This document shows positions 55,009 to 64,000 of a stretch of 64,000 bases of DNA, piece after piece. The position numbers were made by a program, and so were the translations under genes. The DNA lies in the sequence record OP752703.1; one strand, given 5' to 3'. Position 1 is the first letter of the stretch, and each line of letters begins with the position of its first letter. The notes under the pieces are model-generated. The model had not been told where the DNA came from. It ran no database searches and saw nothing but the letters and a program-made list of their open reading frames with translations.

Positions 55009-55443
55009 ATGGAAAATATGACCACTGATGAACTTGGTAAATGGCATGAACAACTTGTCAATACCAAGAATCTAATTAACAAATACAAAGAAACAAGCGA
55101 TAACGGGGTTCTATCACAAATTAAGTTTTCAGCGATGGTGCTGCCAGTAGGCCGTACTGAAATTGAACGAACTGCCGATCCTAAAAATTCAGTGTACCTA
55201 GAACTGATACGATCTGTTACTCCAACCGTTGAAGATGATTCGTTCATCCCTACTATAAACGTCGAAGAAAGTACTCCGGTATCTTTGAAGATTTATAATG
55301 GCCTTGATAATGTAAGCATCAATCCGATCTATATGCAGGAGCTTCAAACAGTTATACTAAAGATCATGGACGATGTTGAATCAACTCTTAGTGCCGAAAG
55401 TCAGAAGCTTCAAGCGGAAGTGGAAAAGAGTTTTAAAGTATAA
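55009..55443 (+). CDS. Hypothetical protein
   Basis: AAGGA RBS. Confidence 0.78.
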   Translation: MENMTTDELGKWHEQLVNTKNLINKYKETSDNGVLSQIKFSAMVLPVGRTEIERTADPKNSVYLELIRSVTPTVEDDSFIPTINVEESTPVSLKIYNGLDNVSINPIYMQELQTVILKIMDDVESTLSAESQKLQAEVEKSFKV

Positions 55444-55739
55444 TGGCGATCAAAGTCGTTCACTGTAAACTAGAACCTTACGACATTTACATTGGTCGAG
55501 CCAACGGGGATTTGCCTAGATCAAAATGGGCAAATCCCTTTATTGTTGGTAAAGACTGTGAACGTGGTAAGTGTATCCAAATGTACGAAGATTGGATTCG
55601 TACCCAACCCCAGCTATTGGCAGACCTTCACGAATTAGACGGTAAAACTCTAGGATGTTGGTGTAAGCCCAATAAGAATTGCCATGGCGATGTGTTAGCT
55701 CGCCTCTATCAAGAATATAGCCTATTTAACTATGAATGA
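55443..55739 (+). CDS. DUF4326 family protein
   Basis: DIYIGR, SKWANPF, LGCWCKP..CHGDVL. Confidence 0.88.
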   Translation: MAIKVVHCKLEPYDIYIGRANGDLPRSKWANPFIVGKDCERGKCIQMYEDWIRTQPQLLADLHELDGKTLGCWCKPNKNCHGDVLARLYQEYSLFNYE

Positions 55740-56145
55740 TATCGACTTTAATGTAAATCAAATCCTTATCCGTACTGATTGGGAAGAAGTAATCGGTACA
55801 GAATCTACAACTAAAACAATACTAGGCTTCATTAGTTCAGAGAAAACTAAGACTATTGTTAAGAATTCCTATAGAATTGTTGATGCTGAAACCGATGAAG
55901 TAGTTGAAACCAATACAACGTCCCTACCAGACTACACAGGAATGACTTCAATTAGCTTTAAATATTCGAGTGATAATCTTCCAGCGATCATGAAGGATAT
56001 GATGAATACGATTTATAGCACTAAACCAATGCGAAAGCTTACCATTGAACGTCCCACTTGCACTCTTCATGGTGTATTCGTTACAGAATGGAATCCTAAG
56101 ATTGGTGGTGGTAAGGGAATAGTTGACTATATCTCGTACAAGTAG
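55732..56145 (+). CDS. Hypothetical protein
   Basis: Packing. Confidence 0.75.
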   Translation: MNDIDFNVNQILIRTDWEEVIGTESTTKTILGFISSEKTKTIVKNSYRIVDAETDEVVETNTTSLPDYTGMTSISFKYSSDNLPAIMKDMMNTIYSTKPMRKLTIERPTCTLHGVFVTEWNPKIGGGKGIVDYISYK

Positions 56146-56175
56146 TACAATAACCCTATAACGAATCAGGAACAA

Positions 56176-56502
56176 ATGTCTAATAAAAATCTAATCAAAG
56201 AGCTTCTGAATTCTATTACAGTAGATGAAAATCTAACAAATGCAATAGAAACTCTTAAGTCGGACGGTACAGCAATCATCACTGTCAGCGTAACCAAAAA
56301 GAATTCTTTGGGAGTTATTCCTATCGACCTCACTATCGGTGATGGAAAGATTGCAGTTCAAACTGCTGGTAATACCAAGCACGTCGTTAGTGATGATACT
56401 CTTTCTGCTGCATTTATTGATCTAATGGAAAAGGCTCGAATCTCTAACACTATTCATAAGAATACCGTGTACCAGAACATCGGCAAATCACTACAGGAAT
56501 AA
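56176..56502 (+). CDS. Hypothetical protein
   Basis: AGGA RBS. Confidence 0.78.
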   Translation: MSNKNLIKELLNSITVDENLTNAIETLKSDGTAIITVSVTKKNSLGVIPIDLTIGDGKIAVQTAGNTKHVVSDDTLSAAFIDLMEKARISNTIHKNTVYQNIGKSLQE

Positions 56503-56503
56503 C

Positions 56504-57424
56504 ATGTCTAATCAATACAAATCACTTCTAGCAAACATTCTAGAAAATGGCGAAGTAAAGTCTGACCGTACCGGGGAAGGTACGAAGTCCATCTTCGCAT
56601 CAACCATGACCTTCGATCTAGCCGAAGGATTCCCTGCGGACACTCTCCGTAAGGTTGCTCCCCGTATTGCCTTTGAAGAAACTATGTTCTTCGCTCGCGG
56701 CGAACGTGACACAAAGAAGCTAGAAGCTAAGAAGATCAATATCTGGAAGGGCAACACCAGCCGTGAATTCCTCGATAAGGTTGGTCTTAACTACCTACCA
56801 GAAGGCGATCTAGGCCGTGGCTACGGCGTCCAGTGGCGTGACTTCCGAACCGCTACCGTAGAACAGTACACCGATTCTATGGACATTTCAAACGATGCTA
56901 CCTACTTCTATGGCGCTAAGGTCAAGATGAAGAGTGTAGATCAGCTAAAGAATCTTCTAGACGGTCTAAAGAATGACCCGAACGGTCGTCGTCACATCAT
57001 CACTGCATGGAACCCGGCTGAACTAGATCAGATGGCACTTCCTCCATGCCACCTATACCAGCAGTATTACGTAAGTAATGGCCGTCTCCATTCTCTATGG
57101 ATGCAGCGTTCAGTTGATACTGTGTTCGGTCTTCCTTACAATGTAATGTCGTATGCCTTCCTGAATATGGCTTTCGCCAAACTCCTAGGTCTAGAACCGG
57201 GCAAGCTGACTTTCATGGGCGGCGATACTCACATTTATCTAAACCAAATGTTCATGGCAGAGGATATGGTCGCTAATCGTGATCCCAAGCCTTTCCCAAA
57301 GCTAGAAATTACTAAGGAAATCAATACCTTAGATGATTTCCTAGAACTGGAATACAGCGATATTCAGATCACTGGATACGATGCACATCCAGACTATAAG
57401 AATAAACCTTCGATGGCTGTTTGA
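56504..57424 (+). CDS. thyA: Thymidylate synthase
   Basis: DRTGEGT, GDLGRGYGVQWR, MALPPCH, QRSVD, GLPYN, HIYLN. Confidence 0.96.
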   Translation: MSNQYKSLLANILENGEVKSDRTGEGTKSIFASTMTFDLAEGFPADTLRKVAPRIAFEETMFFARGERDTKKLEAKKINIWKGNTSREFLDKVGLNYLPEGDLGRGYGVQWRDFRTATVEQYTDSMDISNDATYFYGAKVKMKSVDQLKNLLDGLKNDPNGRRHIITAWNPAELDQMALPPCHLYQQYYVSNGRLHSLWMQRSVDTVFGLPYNVMSYAFLNMAFAKLLGLEPGKLTFMGGDTHIYLNQMFMAEDMVANRDPKPFPKLEITKEINTLDDFLELEYSDIQITGYDAHPDYKNKPSMAV

Positions 57425-57472
57425 CAGCCATCCAAGAATGCTATACAATAACCAACTTACAAGAGAACTCAA

Positions 57473-57811
57473 ATGGAACTAAATCTAAACCCCGATAACA
57501 TCATGCTAGTCAAGCTAGTCAATGGCCTAGAATTGATTGGCCGTGACGAAACCCCCGAAGGCAGCAGCGAACATGTAATCAAGGAAGCGCTGTTCATCGA
57601 ACTAACTGTCGATCAGGAACGTTCAACCCCTGAACACATCAGCTACAAACCAACTTTCGAGCCAGTTTCACGTCTAGTTGATCCGGGTTCAAGTGTCAAT
57701 GGTGAAGTAGACCTTGTTCTACAGCCCACTTCGGTTCTATTCAAGAAGGCTATCCATCCGCACGTAATTCCGCATTACAAGCAGTTGACTTCTAAGATCA
57801 TTTTGCAGTAA
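57473..57811 (+). CDS. Possible Sm-like fold protein
   Basis: IMLVKLVNGLELIG N-terminus; TTGACA-17-TACAAT promoter. Confidence 0.5.
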   Translation: MELNLNPDNIMLVKLVNGLELIGRDETPEGSSEHVIKEALFIELTVDQERSTPEHISYKPTFEPVSRLVDPGSSVNGEVDLVLQPTSVLFKKAIHPHVIPHYKQLTSKIILQ

Positions 57812-57856
57812 ATAAAAGGGGGGGCAGCAAGCCCCCTTTCTCATGGAGATTTAACA

Positions 57857-58219
57857 ATGGCAACACAAAAACGAAATGTATTCCGTATTCTACATGGCTT
57901 TGAAGGTCTTGATGCTGTAGTAGAAAAATGGACAGCAGATATGGATGAAGGTAAGGTTCTATTCACCTATCTAAATCTTGAAAAAGACTCAACGCCTGAG
58001 ATTACCAAAATTGCCGGAACCGTTGTAGAAATGTGGACTGATTCTGAGGGCCTTGTAGTAGCCACGCAGACGATGGACACTGATGCCGGTGCAGAGCTAG
58101 TCGCTCTACTAGAAAACCGCACACTGAGCTTTACAATGGGTCCAATCGCTACTTATCATGATGAAGGTGATAAGAAGGTTATTGATTCCCTAGGTGGCAT
58201 CTATTTTCGTACTAAATAA
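57857..58219 (+). CDS. Hypothetical protein
   Basis: GGAG RBS. Confidence 0.8.
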   Translation: MATQKRNVFRILHGFEGLDAVVEKWTADMDEGKVLFTYLNLEKDSTPEITKIAGTVVEMWTDSEGLVVATQTMDTDAGAELVALLENRTLSFTMGPIATYHDEGDKKVIDSLGGIYFRTK

Positions 58220-58238
58220 GGTATAACTAGGCGGTTTC

Positions 58239-58853
58239 ATGGAATTATACCAACAATTACTACTAACTGAGTCGCAGCGTGCGGCTCAAAAGGAAATTGA
58301 TTATTCTATTTCAGTTGTAAACAAAATCTACAACGAATGGAAGAAGTCTCGCGGTCGTCGTATTAATGCCGTAGACCTTATCACAACAAGCGCTAACAAG
58401 ATTTCAACCCTTAACCCTGATGTAGTATCTCAGGTGCATGAAGCGACTAGAGAGAAGCTTACAGTAATCATCATGCGTTGTATGGATATTCCACCGTGGA
58501 AAGACCCATACTCCAAGGAAAAGATTTACACCAAGCTTTATCCTTTGATTACGAAGCTAGAAACCTATAATCCTAACACAGGAACAGGAGGGAATCTACG
58601 TGAAGCGATCATGACACGTCTATCCTCAACCCTATGTCATAGCTCTAAAGAAAAGGTCTTCGTGGCCTATGAGCCTACTATCAGCGCCAAGTACATCGAC
58701 TATATGTTCAGTCATGACAGTAAGCCGAAGAAAACGTACAAGATGCGTTCGCTCAAACTACCCAGTGACTTCGAGTCCCTTATGGACACCCTAGAAATTA
58801 ATCAGGAAAAGGCTGAGAAAGCCTTTAAGAGTGAAAAAGAAAAGCCCGCATAA
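58239..58853 (+). CDS. Hypothetical protein, possibly late
   Basis: TAAATA at 58213; N-term MELYQQLLLTE. Confidence 0.78.
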   Translation: MELYQQLLLTESQRAAQKEIDYSISVVNKIYNEWKKSRGRRINAVDLITTSANKISTLNPDVVSQVHEATREKLTVIIMRCMDIPPWKDPYSKEKIYTKLYPLITKLETYNPNTGTGGNLREAIMTRLSSTLCHSSKEKVFVAYEPTISAKYIDYMFSHDSKPKKTYKMRSLKLPSDFESLMDTLEINQEKAEKAFKSEKEKPA

Positions 58854-58864
58854 GCGGGCTTTTC
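58841..58864. terminator. Bidirectional terminator
   Basis: AAAGCCCGC-ATAA-GCGGGCTTTT between convergent genes. Confidence 0.88.
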
Positions 58865-58871
58865 TTTTTCT

Positions 58872-59360
58872 TTATTCGATTACAGGTTCCGGCTCTGGCT
58901 CTGGATCAGGAACGGGTTCCGGCTCTGGAAATTGTGGCGGAACATTCTTATCATATCCCAACTCAGCATCCGACAGATAACCGGGCCAATCCAACCATAC
59001 TGGTAGGGGCGACTCTTCCCAACCCGGCTGAACCACACCGTTTTCGTCAGTTAGACGGTCCCATACCCAATATTCATCTGCTGGAACCCAATCTAGGTCT
59101 TTGTTCCATACCATGGCAGGACCATTAGCAGGAAGACGATAGCGCCAGCCGTGGATTACGTAATCCTCACGAATACCTTCTACGATGTAGGCAGGCTGAT
59201 CGTATGCACGATGCTGCATTCCATTATAGCACCAGAATTTAATCTTAGCGGTATAATGTTCATAGGCAGGCGTCCAATGGTCAGGACTGTGAAGTTTGTT
59301 ACCGTTATCAGTATCAATCCATTGATGATAATCAGCAAATTGTTGTTTAATTATTGGCAT
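58872..59360 (-). CDS. Protein with HR..PA-type repeats and Pro-Glu tail
   Basis: LHSPDHWTPA, QHRAYDQPA, YRLPANGPA; PEPEPVPDPEPE. Confidence 0.75.
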   Translation of the reverse strand: MPIIKQQFADYHQWIDTDNGNKLHSPDHWTPAYEHYTAKIKFWCYNGMQHRAYDQPAYIVEGIREDYVIHGWRYRLPANGPAMVWNKDLDWVPADEYWVWDRLTDENGVVQPGWEESPLPVWLDWPGYLSDAELGYDKNVPPQFPEPEPVPDPEPEPEPVIE

Positions 59361-59425
59361 TTAGTTTCCTTATTGTTATTATTGTGAAACAAAAGTACCC
59401 CCGATTACTCGGGAGTACTTATTCT

Positions 59426-62400
59426 TTAGACTGATGGTAATGGCTTCGCTGCGTAAATCGCGCCAGAGTTTGTCTTAGTCACTCCTACGAAAGTTGTATC
59501 TAGGGAGCCATCAAACATCAAGCGAGCTACGCCAGCTCTTGCTACACCACGAACCTGAGTGAAGCTACCAGAAATTAGAGGTCGCTGGTCTTCGCCTACA
59601 TGAATACCATAATATTGACCATTAGTTCCAGTCATAGGAATCCATGAAGGATCGATAGCACCATTAGATAGTAATAGGCGAGTTATACCGGGAGTAGCTA
59701 CTCCATTAACAGTGCTAAATGCACCAATAATGTAAATACCGTCTCTAGTTACAGCTAATGCATTATTACCATATGACAAGTTAGCAGCACCATTTGTACT
59801 AACATTGAATGTGGAGTCTGGAGTACCATTTGTATTATATCGACGGATATTAGCAGAAGAGCCTGATACTGAAATCACTAATTTACCATCTGGCTGAACT
59901 GCCATACCATACAGAGAAACCGCACCATATGATGGACGACTGTATGTTGTGTCTTCGGTTCCATCTTCATTCAAACATAGAATGGTATTATTAGAACTAC
60001 CTGCGTAAATCTTACCACGTACAGAGTCATAGGCTAGCATAGTATATGCAGTTGTCGCTGGCATACCTACACCCCATCCAGTATCTTCTACACCATTACC
60101 ATTCATCTTTCGTATTTTATTTGTTGCAGATACAAACAAATAATTACCTGATGTAAATGGAGTCATTGCTGATACTACATTTGTTTCAGGAGAAGTAAAT
60201 GTAGATACAAATCCGCCAGTATTGGTAACTCTCAAAATAGATGCGTTAGTGTGACCCGATTGTGCAATATTCTGCGCACCAAATACAAAGAAGTCACCAG
60301 TACCGTCCGTAGTTAAACAGATACCATATGGAGGGCCACCTGTGATAGGAGTTACAGTTTCATTACTGATGTTTGCGTTACCAGCATTAGATACTACCAT
60401 AGCCGTAAGTGTTGTAGTATTACCGTTAACTTGCACCAAACCATTACCGATCAACGCAATATTATCACTTGATTTCAATGGAATCTGTGATGGCGTTGGA
60501 GTTACCGAGGGCGTAGGTGTTGGAGTTAGACTTAGGACCGGCTGGTCATAGTCGATCAAACCTCTCAAACCAGTATTAGGTAGAGTTGCAGGAGTGAATG
60601 AAGTATCTAATGATCCATCCGCAAATAATCTAGCACCATACAGTCTTGCCGTTCCGTTTACACTTGTAAAGGCACCACCGATTAAGATTCGTTTGTCTTC
60701 GGTAATACTTACAGTATAAACATATGAGTTTACAATGGCATTGAACGATAGGTCTACGCGGCCATCAAACTTCAAACGAATGAAGTAATTTCTATTCGTT
60801 GAATCGATATTCGTAGCAGATGTTGATACGTATATACCATAATCGTCAACAGCTAGAGCCTTACCACCATAAGTGGCCTGAGTGGCGGAAGCGAACGCGA
60901 AGTACCATGTAGTGTCCAAACTACCATCTGTATTGAAACGAGCGATATAAGGGCGGCTGAAACCAGTACCATTCCATGTAATGTTAGTGAATGCACCCGT
61001 TGCGATAAGCCTTCCATCTGGCTGTACCGCAAAGCCATACACAACACCGTTAGTGGTGATATTAGCAAATGTGTTATCCAACGAACCATCAATATTTACA
61101 CGGTAAATACGGGTGGAGTTGGCAACATATAGCTTATTAATCGCAGGATCATAATGCACAGCCATTGCACCACCAAGAGGTAATGTGCCTCCCCATGAAG
61201 AATCTACCGTACCCATCATATTCATCTTGACAATACGACCATTGCTTGTAGTGAAATATACGTTATAGTCAGCGTCATATACAGCCATTACAATTTGAGC
61301 ATTATTAATTCCCGATGTGTAATTGAAATCTGTATTAATAGTACCACTACGGTCTGCACGAATGATACCATTGACTGCTGTCCCGGCAAACGTAGTAAAC
61401 TGACCATAAATGATAACATCATTACTGTTAGGCACTAGAAGTACACCAGATACTACTGCGTTTGTACTGAAATTCATGGCGACAGATTTAATATCCATAC
61501 CGTTGTTAGCTAATAAAGCATAGCGGTTGTAGTCAGTAATATTATTTACAGAAGTAAACGTACCACTAGCAACAACATCATTATCCAACTTGGCTGCCGA
61601 ACTGACTGACGGGGTTGGAGTCATTGAAGGGGCAGGCATATCTGTTGTTGTAGAAATATATCCGATAGTGTTACCTTCCGCAATACTTCCTCGGTTGTAG
61701 GTATACAATAGATTATTTGTAGGATCATTTAACATGAATCCTACTTCAATATTAGACGTATTGTATAGTGGAGTAGGTTCGTAAAACCATCCGCCATTCC
61801 CGTATTTCGAACGAATAACGCGCTGTAACGTCTGATCTACAAATCCCCCTGCGGTGGCTCTAGTAGTTCCTACAAAGCCCTGAGAGGCTGTACTATATGC
61901 AGCAGCGCCAGTAACTTCACCACTAAGCAATCCGGGGATGGTTTGTATTGTTAAGTTTAATGTTGACGGGAACAAACTAAAGTAAGCATTAGCATTAACA
62001 CCGTGTGTAATATGATGCAGATATAGGTCATTTATTGGATTATAAGATGTGCGCGATATTGACGATGTTTGCGCAAAGTATACCATATTTTCGGGATTTA
62101 CAAAAACTTGGAAATCCAAAGACCCTTGTACCGTACAAATTAGTTCACTTAATGAGGCTGTACTATACGTTACGCGAGCAATTACACCATAAGGACCGCC
62201 ATCAGTCTGTGAAAGATTACATGTACCAGTGACTCCATTATTCGGCTTAGTATATGCGGCTGACCATGTGTTTCCGAAGTCTAGCGACTGTAATACCATT
62301 ACAAATGCAGTGGTATTTGAGTTAGTACTTTTGTTTGTGATAAGGACACGATTGTTTAACCTATCCCATGCCATTGAGTTGAATACAAAATAGGTAGGGG

Positions 62401-62728
62401 TAACCGAATGCGTCACAGTGCGTTCGGTCCAAGTAGCACCGAAGTCCGTGGATGTATATGTATAAATTGTTGTAGAAGTGCCAGACTGACGAATCGACAT
62501 GATGCGACCGTCCCTCGGATCGATTACAACACCAGCTAACGGATAATTCAGGGGGATGCTTAGGAAGTTAGTTTCCCAAGTTAGACCATCAGTCGATTTG
62601 AATACGACGATACCAGTTCCATTTTTTGTACTACTTCTTGCTACTGCGATTACCTTAGTACCATCTGGCAAAATTGCGCCATCATAGCCGTAAGGTACTT
62701 CGAGTCTATCTCCAATGTAGCTTTGCAT
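59426..62728 (-). CDS. 1100-aa multi-propeller protein: BNR/Asp-box domain plus two delta-60-repeat domains
   Basis: FKSTDGLTW, YTSTDFGATW, QSLDFGNTW; AVQPDG..., RFNTDGSLDTT; TPTP linkers. Confidence 0.85.
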   Translation of the reverse strand: MQSYIGDRLEVPYGYDGAILPDGTKVIAVARSSTKNGTGIVVFKSTDGLTWETNFLSIPLNYPLAGVVIDPRDGRIMSIRQSGTSTTIYTYTSTDFGATWTERTVTHSVTPTYFVFNSMAWDRLNNRVLITNKSTNSNTTAFVMVLQSLDFGNTWSAAYTKPNNGVTGTCNLSQTDGGPYGVIARVTYSTASLSELICTVQGSLDFQVFVNPENMVYFAQTSSISRTSYNPINDLYLHHITHGVNANAYFSLFPSTLNLTIQTIPGLLSGEVTGAAAYSTASQGFVGTTRATAGGFVDQTLQRVIRSKYGNGGWFYEPTPLYNTSNIEVGFMLNDPTNNLLYTYNRGSIAEGNTIGYISTTTDMPAPSMTPTPSVSSAAKLDNDVVASGTFTSVNNITDYNRYALLANNGMDIKSVAMNFSTNAVVSGVLLVPNSNDVIIYGQFTTFAGTAVNGIIRADRSGTINTDFNYTSGINNAQIVMAVYDADYNVYFTTSNGRIVKMNMMGTVDSSWGGTLPLGGAMAVHYDPAINKLYVANSTRIYRVNIDGSLDNTFANITTNGVVYGFAVQPDGRLIATGAFTNITWNGTGFSRPYIARFNTDGSLDTTWYFAFASATQATYGGKALAVDDYGIYVSTSATNIDSTNRNYFIRLKFDGRVDLSFNAIVNSYVYTVSITEDKRILIGGAFTSVNGTARLYGARLFADGSLDTSFTPATLPNTGLRGLIDYDQPVLSLTPTPTPSVTPTPSQIPLKSSDNIALIGNGLVQVNGNTTTLTAMVVSNAGNANISNETVTPITGGPPYGICLTTDGTGDFFVFGAQNIAQSGHTNASILRVTNTGGFVSTFTSPETNVVSAMTPFTSGNYLFVSATNKIRKMNGNGVEDTGWGVGMPATTAYTMLAYDSVRGKIYAGSSNNTILCLNEDGTEDTTYSRPSYGAVSLYGMAVQPDGKLVISVSGSSANIRRYNTNGTPDSTFNVSTNGAANLSYGNNALAVTRDGIYIIGAFSTVNGVATPGITRLLLSNGAIDPSWIPMTGTNGQYYGIHVGEDQRPLISGSFTQVRGVARAGVARLMFDGSLDTTFVGVTKTNSGAIYAAKPLPSV

Positions 62729-62757
62729 TGTTTAAAATCTCCTAAATTCTTTAGTTC

Positions 62758-62790
62758 ATTGAGAGGGGTAAGTATATTTACCCCTCTCAT
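62758..62790 (-). promoter_or_regulatory. Perfect hairpin with TAAATA at the loop (terminator and late promoter)
   Basis: TGAGAGGGGTAA-GTATAT-TTACCCCTCTCA. Confidence 0.6.
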
Positions 62791-62798
62791 ATTTTTCA

Positions 62799-64000
62799 TT
62801 ACTGTTGGTACTGAGCTATGCGGAAGGCTAGCGGAGTATCATATATTGCCGATGGAACTGGCGTATGAGTAGGGGTAACACTTGGTGTCTGTGTCGGAGT
62901 AAGTGAAACCAATGGGGCCGAATATTCACCAACACCGAATACTGCGTTAGTTGTAACAGAACCATTGAATGTGGTATCCAATGTCCCATCATAATTCAAA
63001 CGGACAATACCATTTCTAGAAACCTCATTGACACGAATAGTACCAGTTGCTCCTACTAAAATTCTACCATCGTTTAGTACCTTTATACCGTACAATGAGC
63101 CTATGATAGGCTGATTGAATGAAGGATCAAGTCTACCATTAGACTTGAACTTGTTAAGGTAACTATAGCCAGTTTGACCATCAATATTAACTTGAAAACC
63201 AGCGACGATGAACGAATCATCCGGTAGAACTTCTAGATTGTTTAGTGGAACGTTAATACCCGATCCTGTAGTAGTTATAATCGTGAATGTTGGGTCTACC
63301 ACGCCAGTAGTACTCACTCTAGCAAAGTATGACTTACTTACACCACCAATAGTATTAAATTGACCAAAAGCAAGCAAGCTGCCATCGCTTTGTTGACGAA
63401 TAGACGTAGTACCGTTCACCGTTACTGTTGCGAATGAGGAATCAATCGTTCCCGAAGGAATATCAACTTTTATAATTCGACTGCTTGATGCAATATACAT
63501 CTTATTACTATTCTGGTTATCAATCAATATGTAAGGTGTTGAGTGTGTACCAATTGTAGTACCCCATGCAGTATCAACCACACCATTTCCATTCATTTTA
63601 TAAACTCTACCGCCATTTACACCGATATAGTATTCATTTTCACTAATTTTCACCATAGATGAAATGTTTCGTGAAACTCCAATACCTGTTACTGACCATG
63701 TTGGGTTTAAAGTTCCAACTCGGTCAATTCTATTAACTGATACCGTTGGTACTATTCCATTAATAGAGCCGTACTGACCAAATACTATCAATTCATTGGT
63801 TCCTTCAACATGGAAAGAGTTAATGATGAAATCGTTAACCGGTAGTTCTACATTAATCGTCAGTACGTTATTACCATCGTTATCGAACAACGTATATCCC
63901 GTCTGTGCTATACCATTAGCCTGACCAATACGACCATATGCCATCATAGCATTTGTATTGTTTCTCGGAGTAGCAGACATAGTTGCAGTAGCACTAGGAG
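62799..64000 (-). CDS. Delta-60-repeat beta-propeller protein, 5-prime truncated by window edge
   Basis: QQSDGSLL, RLNYDGTLDTTF; frame open past 63980 (PSATAT). Confidence 0.85.
   Translation of the reverse strand, partial: PSATATMSATPRNNTNAMMAYGRIGQANGIAQTGYTLFDNDGNNVLTINVELPVNDFIINSFHVEGTNELIVFGQYGSINGIVPTVSVNRIDRVGTLNPTWSVTGIGVSRNISSMVKISENEYYIGVNGGRVYKMNGNGVVDTAWGTTIGTHSTPYILIDNQNSNKMYIASSSRIIKVDIPSGTIDSSFATVTVNGTTSIRQQSDGSLLAFGQFNTIGGVSKSYFARVSTTGVVDPTFTIITTTGSGINVPLNNLEVLPDDSFIVAGFQVNIDGQTGYSYLNKFKSNGRLDPSFNQPIIGSLYGIKVLNDGRILVGATGTIRVNEVSRNGIVRLNYDGTLDTTFNGSVTTNAVFGVGEYSAPLVSLTPTQTPSVTPTHTPVPSAIYDTPLAFRIAQYQQ

Noticed and set aside
1-64000. tRNA or rRNA genes
   Set aside because: No cloverleaf with T-loop and acceptor stem found by eye; GGTTCAA at 5402 is in a promoter spacer

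Overview
Part of a large (probably jumbo) dsDNA phage genome: small genes packed tightly, sigma70-like early promoters, T4-like late motifs (ATAAATA), thyA and guaC, and no host housekeeping operons. The host is probably a proteobacterium (inference). Three blocks are visible. (1) 1-24.1 kb, + strand, GC-richer, Leu mostly CTG: about 75 small unknown ORFs, mostly in 1-3 gene cassettes. About 50 copies of a repeated TTGACA/TTGCAA-17-TATACT-ACACACATCAAC-ACGGAG promoter/RBS element head the cassettes, and about 15 copies fold into a hairpin that would also terminate the upstream gene. A candidate ncRNA and several antisense promoters lie here too. (2) 24.4-37.7 kb, - strand, AT-rich: about 57 tandem 57-110 aa ORFs with overlapping stops and starts. 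About 50 of them end in the same degenerate helix, (K/R)-x-x-hydrophobic-(F/H/W/Y)-x-hydrophobic-(D/E), so they look like one hugely diversified family. This is the best candidate for an undescribed system. A non-coding junction with ACCAT repeats separates blocks 1 and 2. (3) 37.7-64 kb, Leu strongly CTA in several genes: M23 peptidase, ATP-grasp, kinase-like protein, TIGR02001-like outer-membrane protein, WGR-PARP, thioesterase, AAA ATPase, ART-like protein, GuaC, PTH2-like protein, nucleotidyltransferase, DUF4326, ThyA, and two large delta-60-repeat beta-propeller proteins. No tRNA, rRNA, CRISPR array or integrase was seen. All family assignments come from motif recognition by eye; no database search was run.
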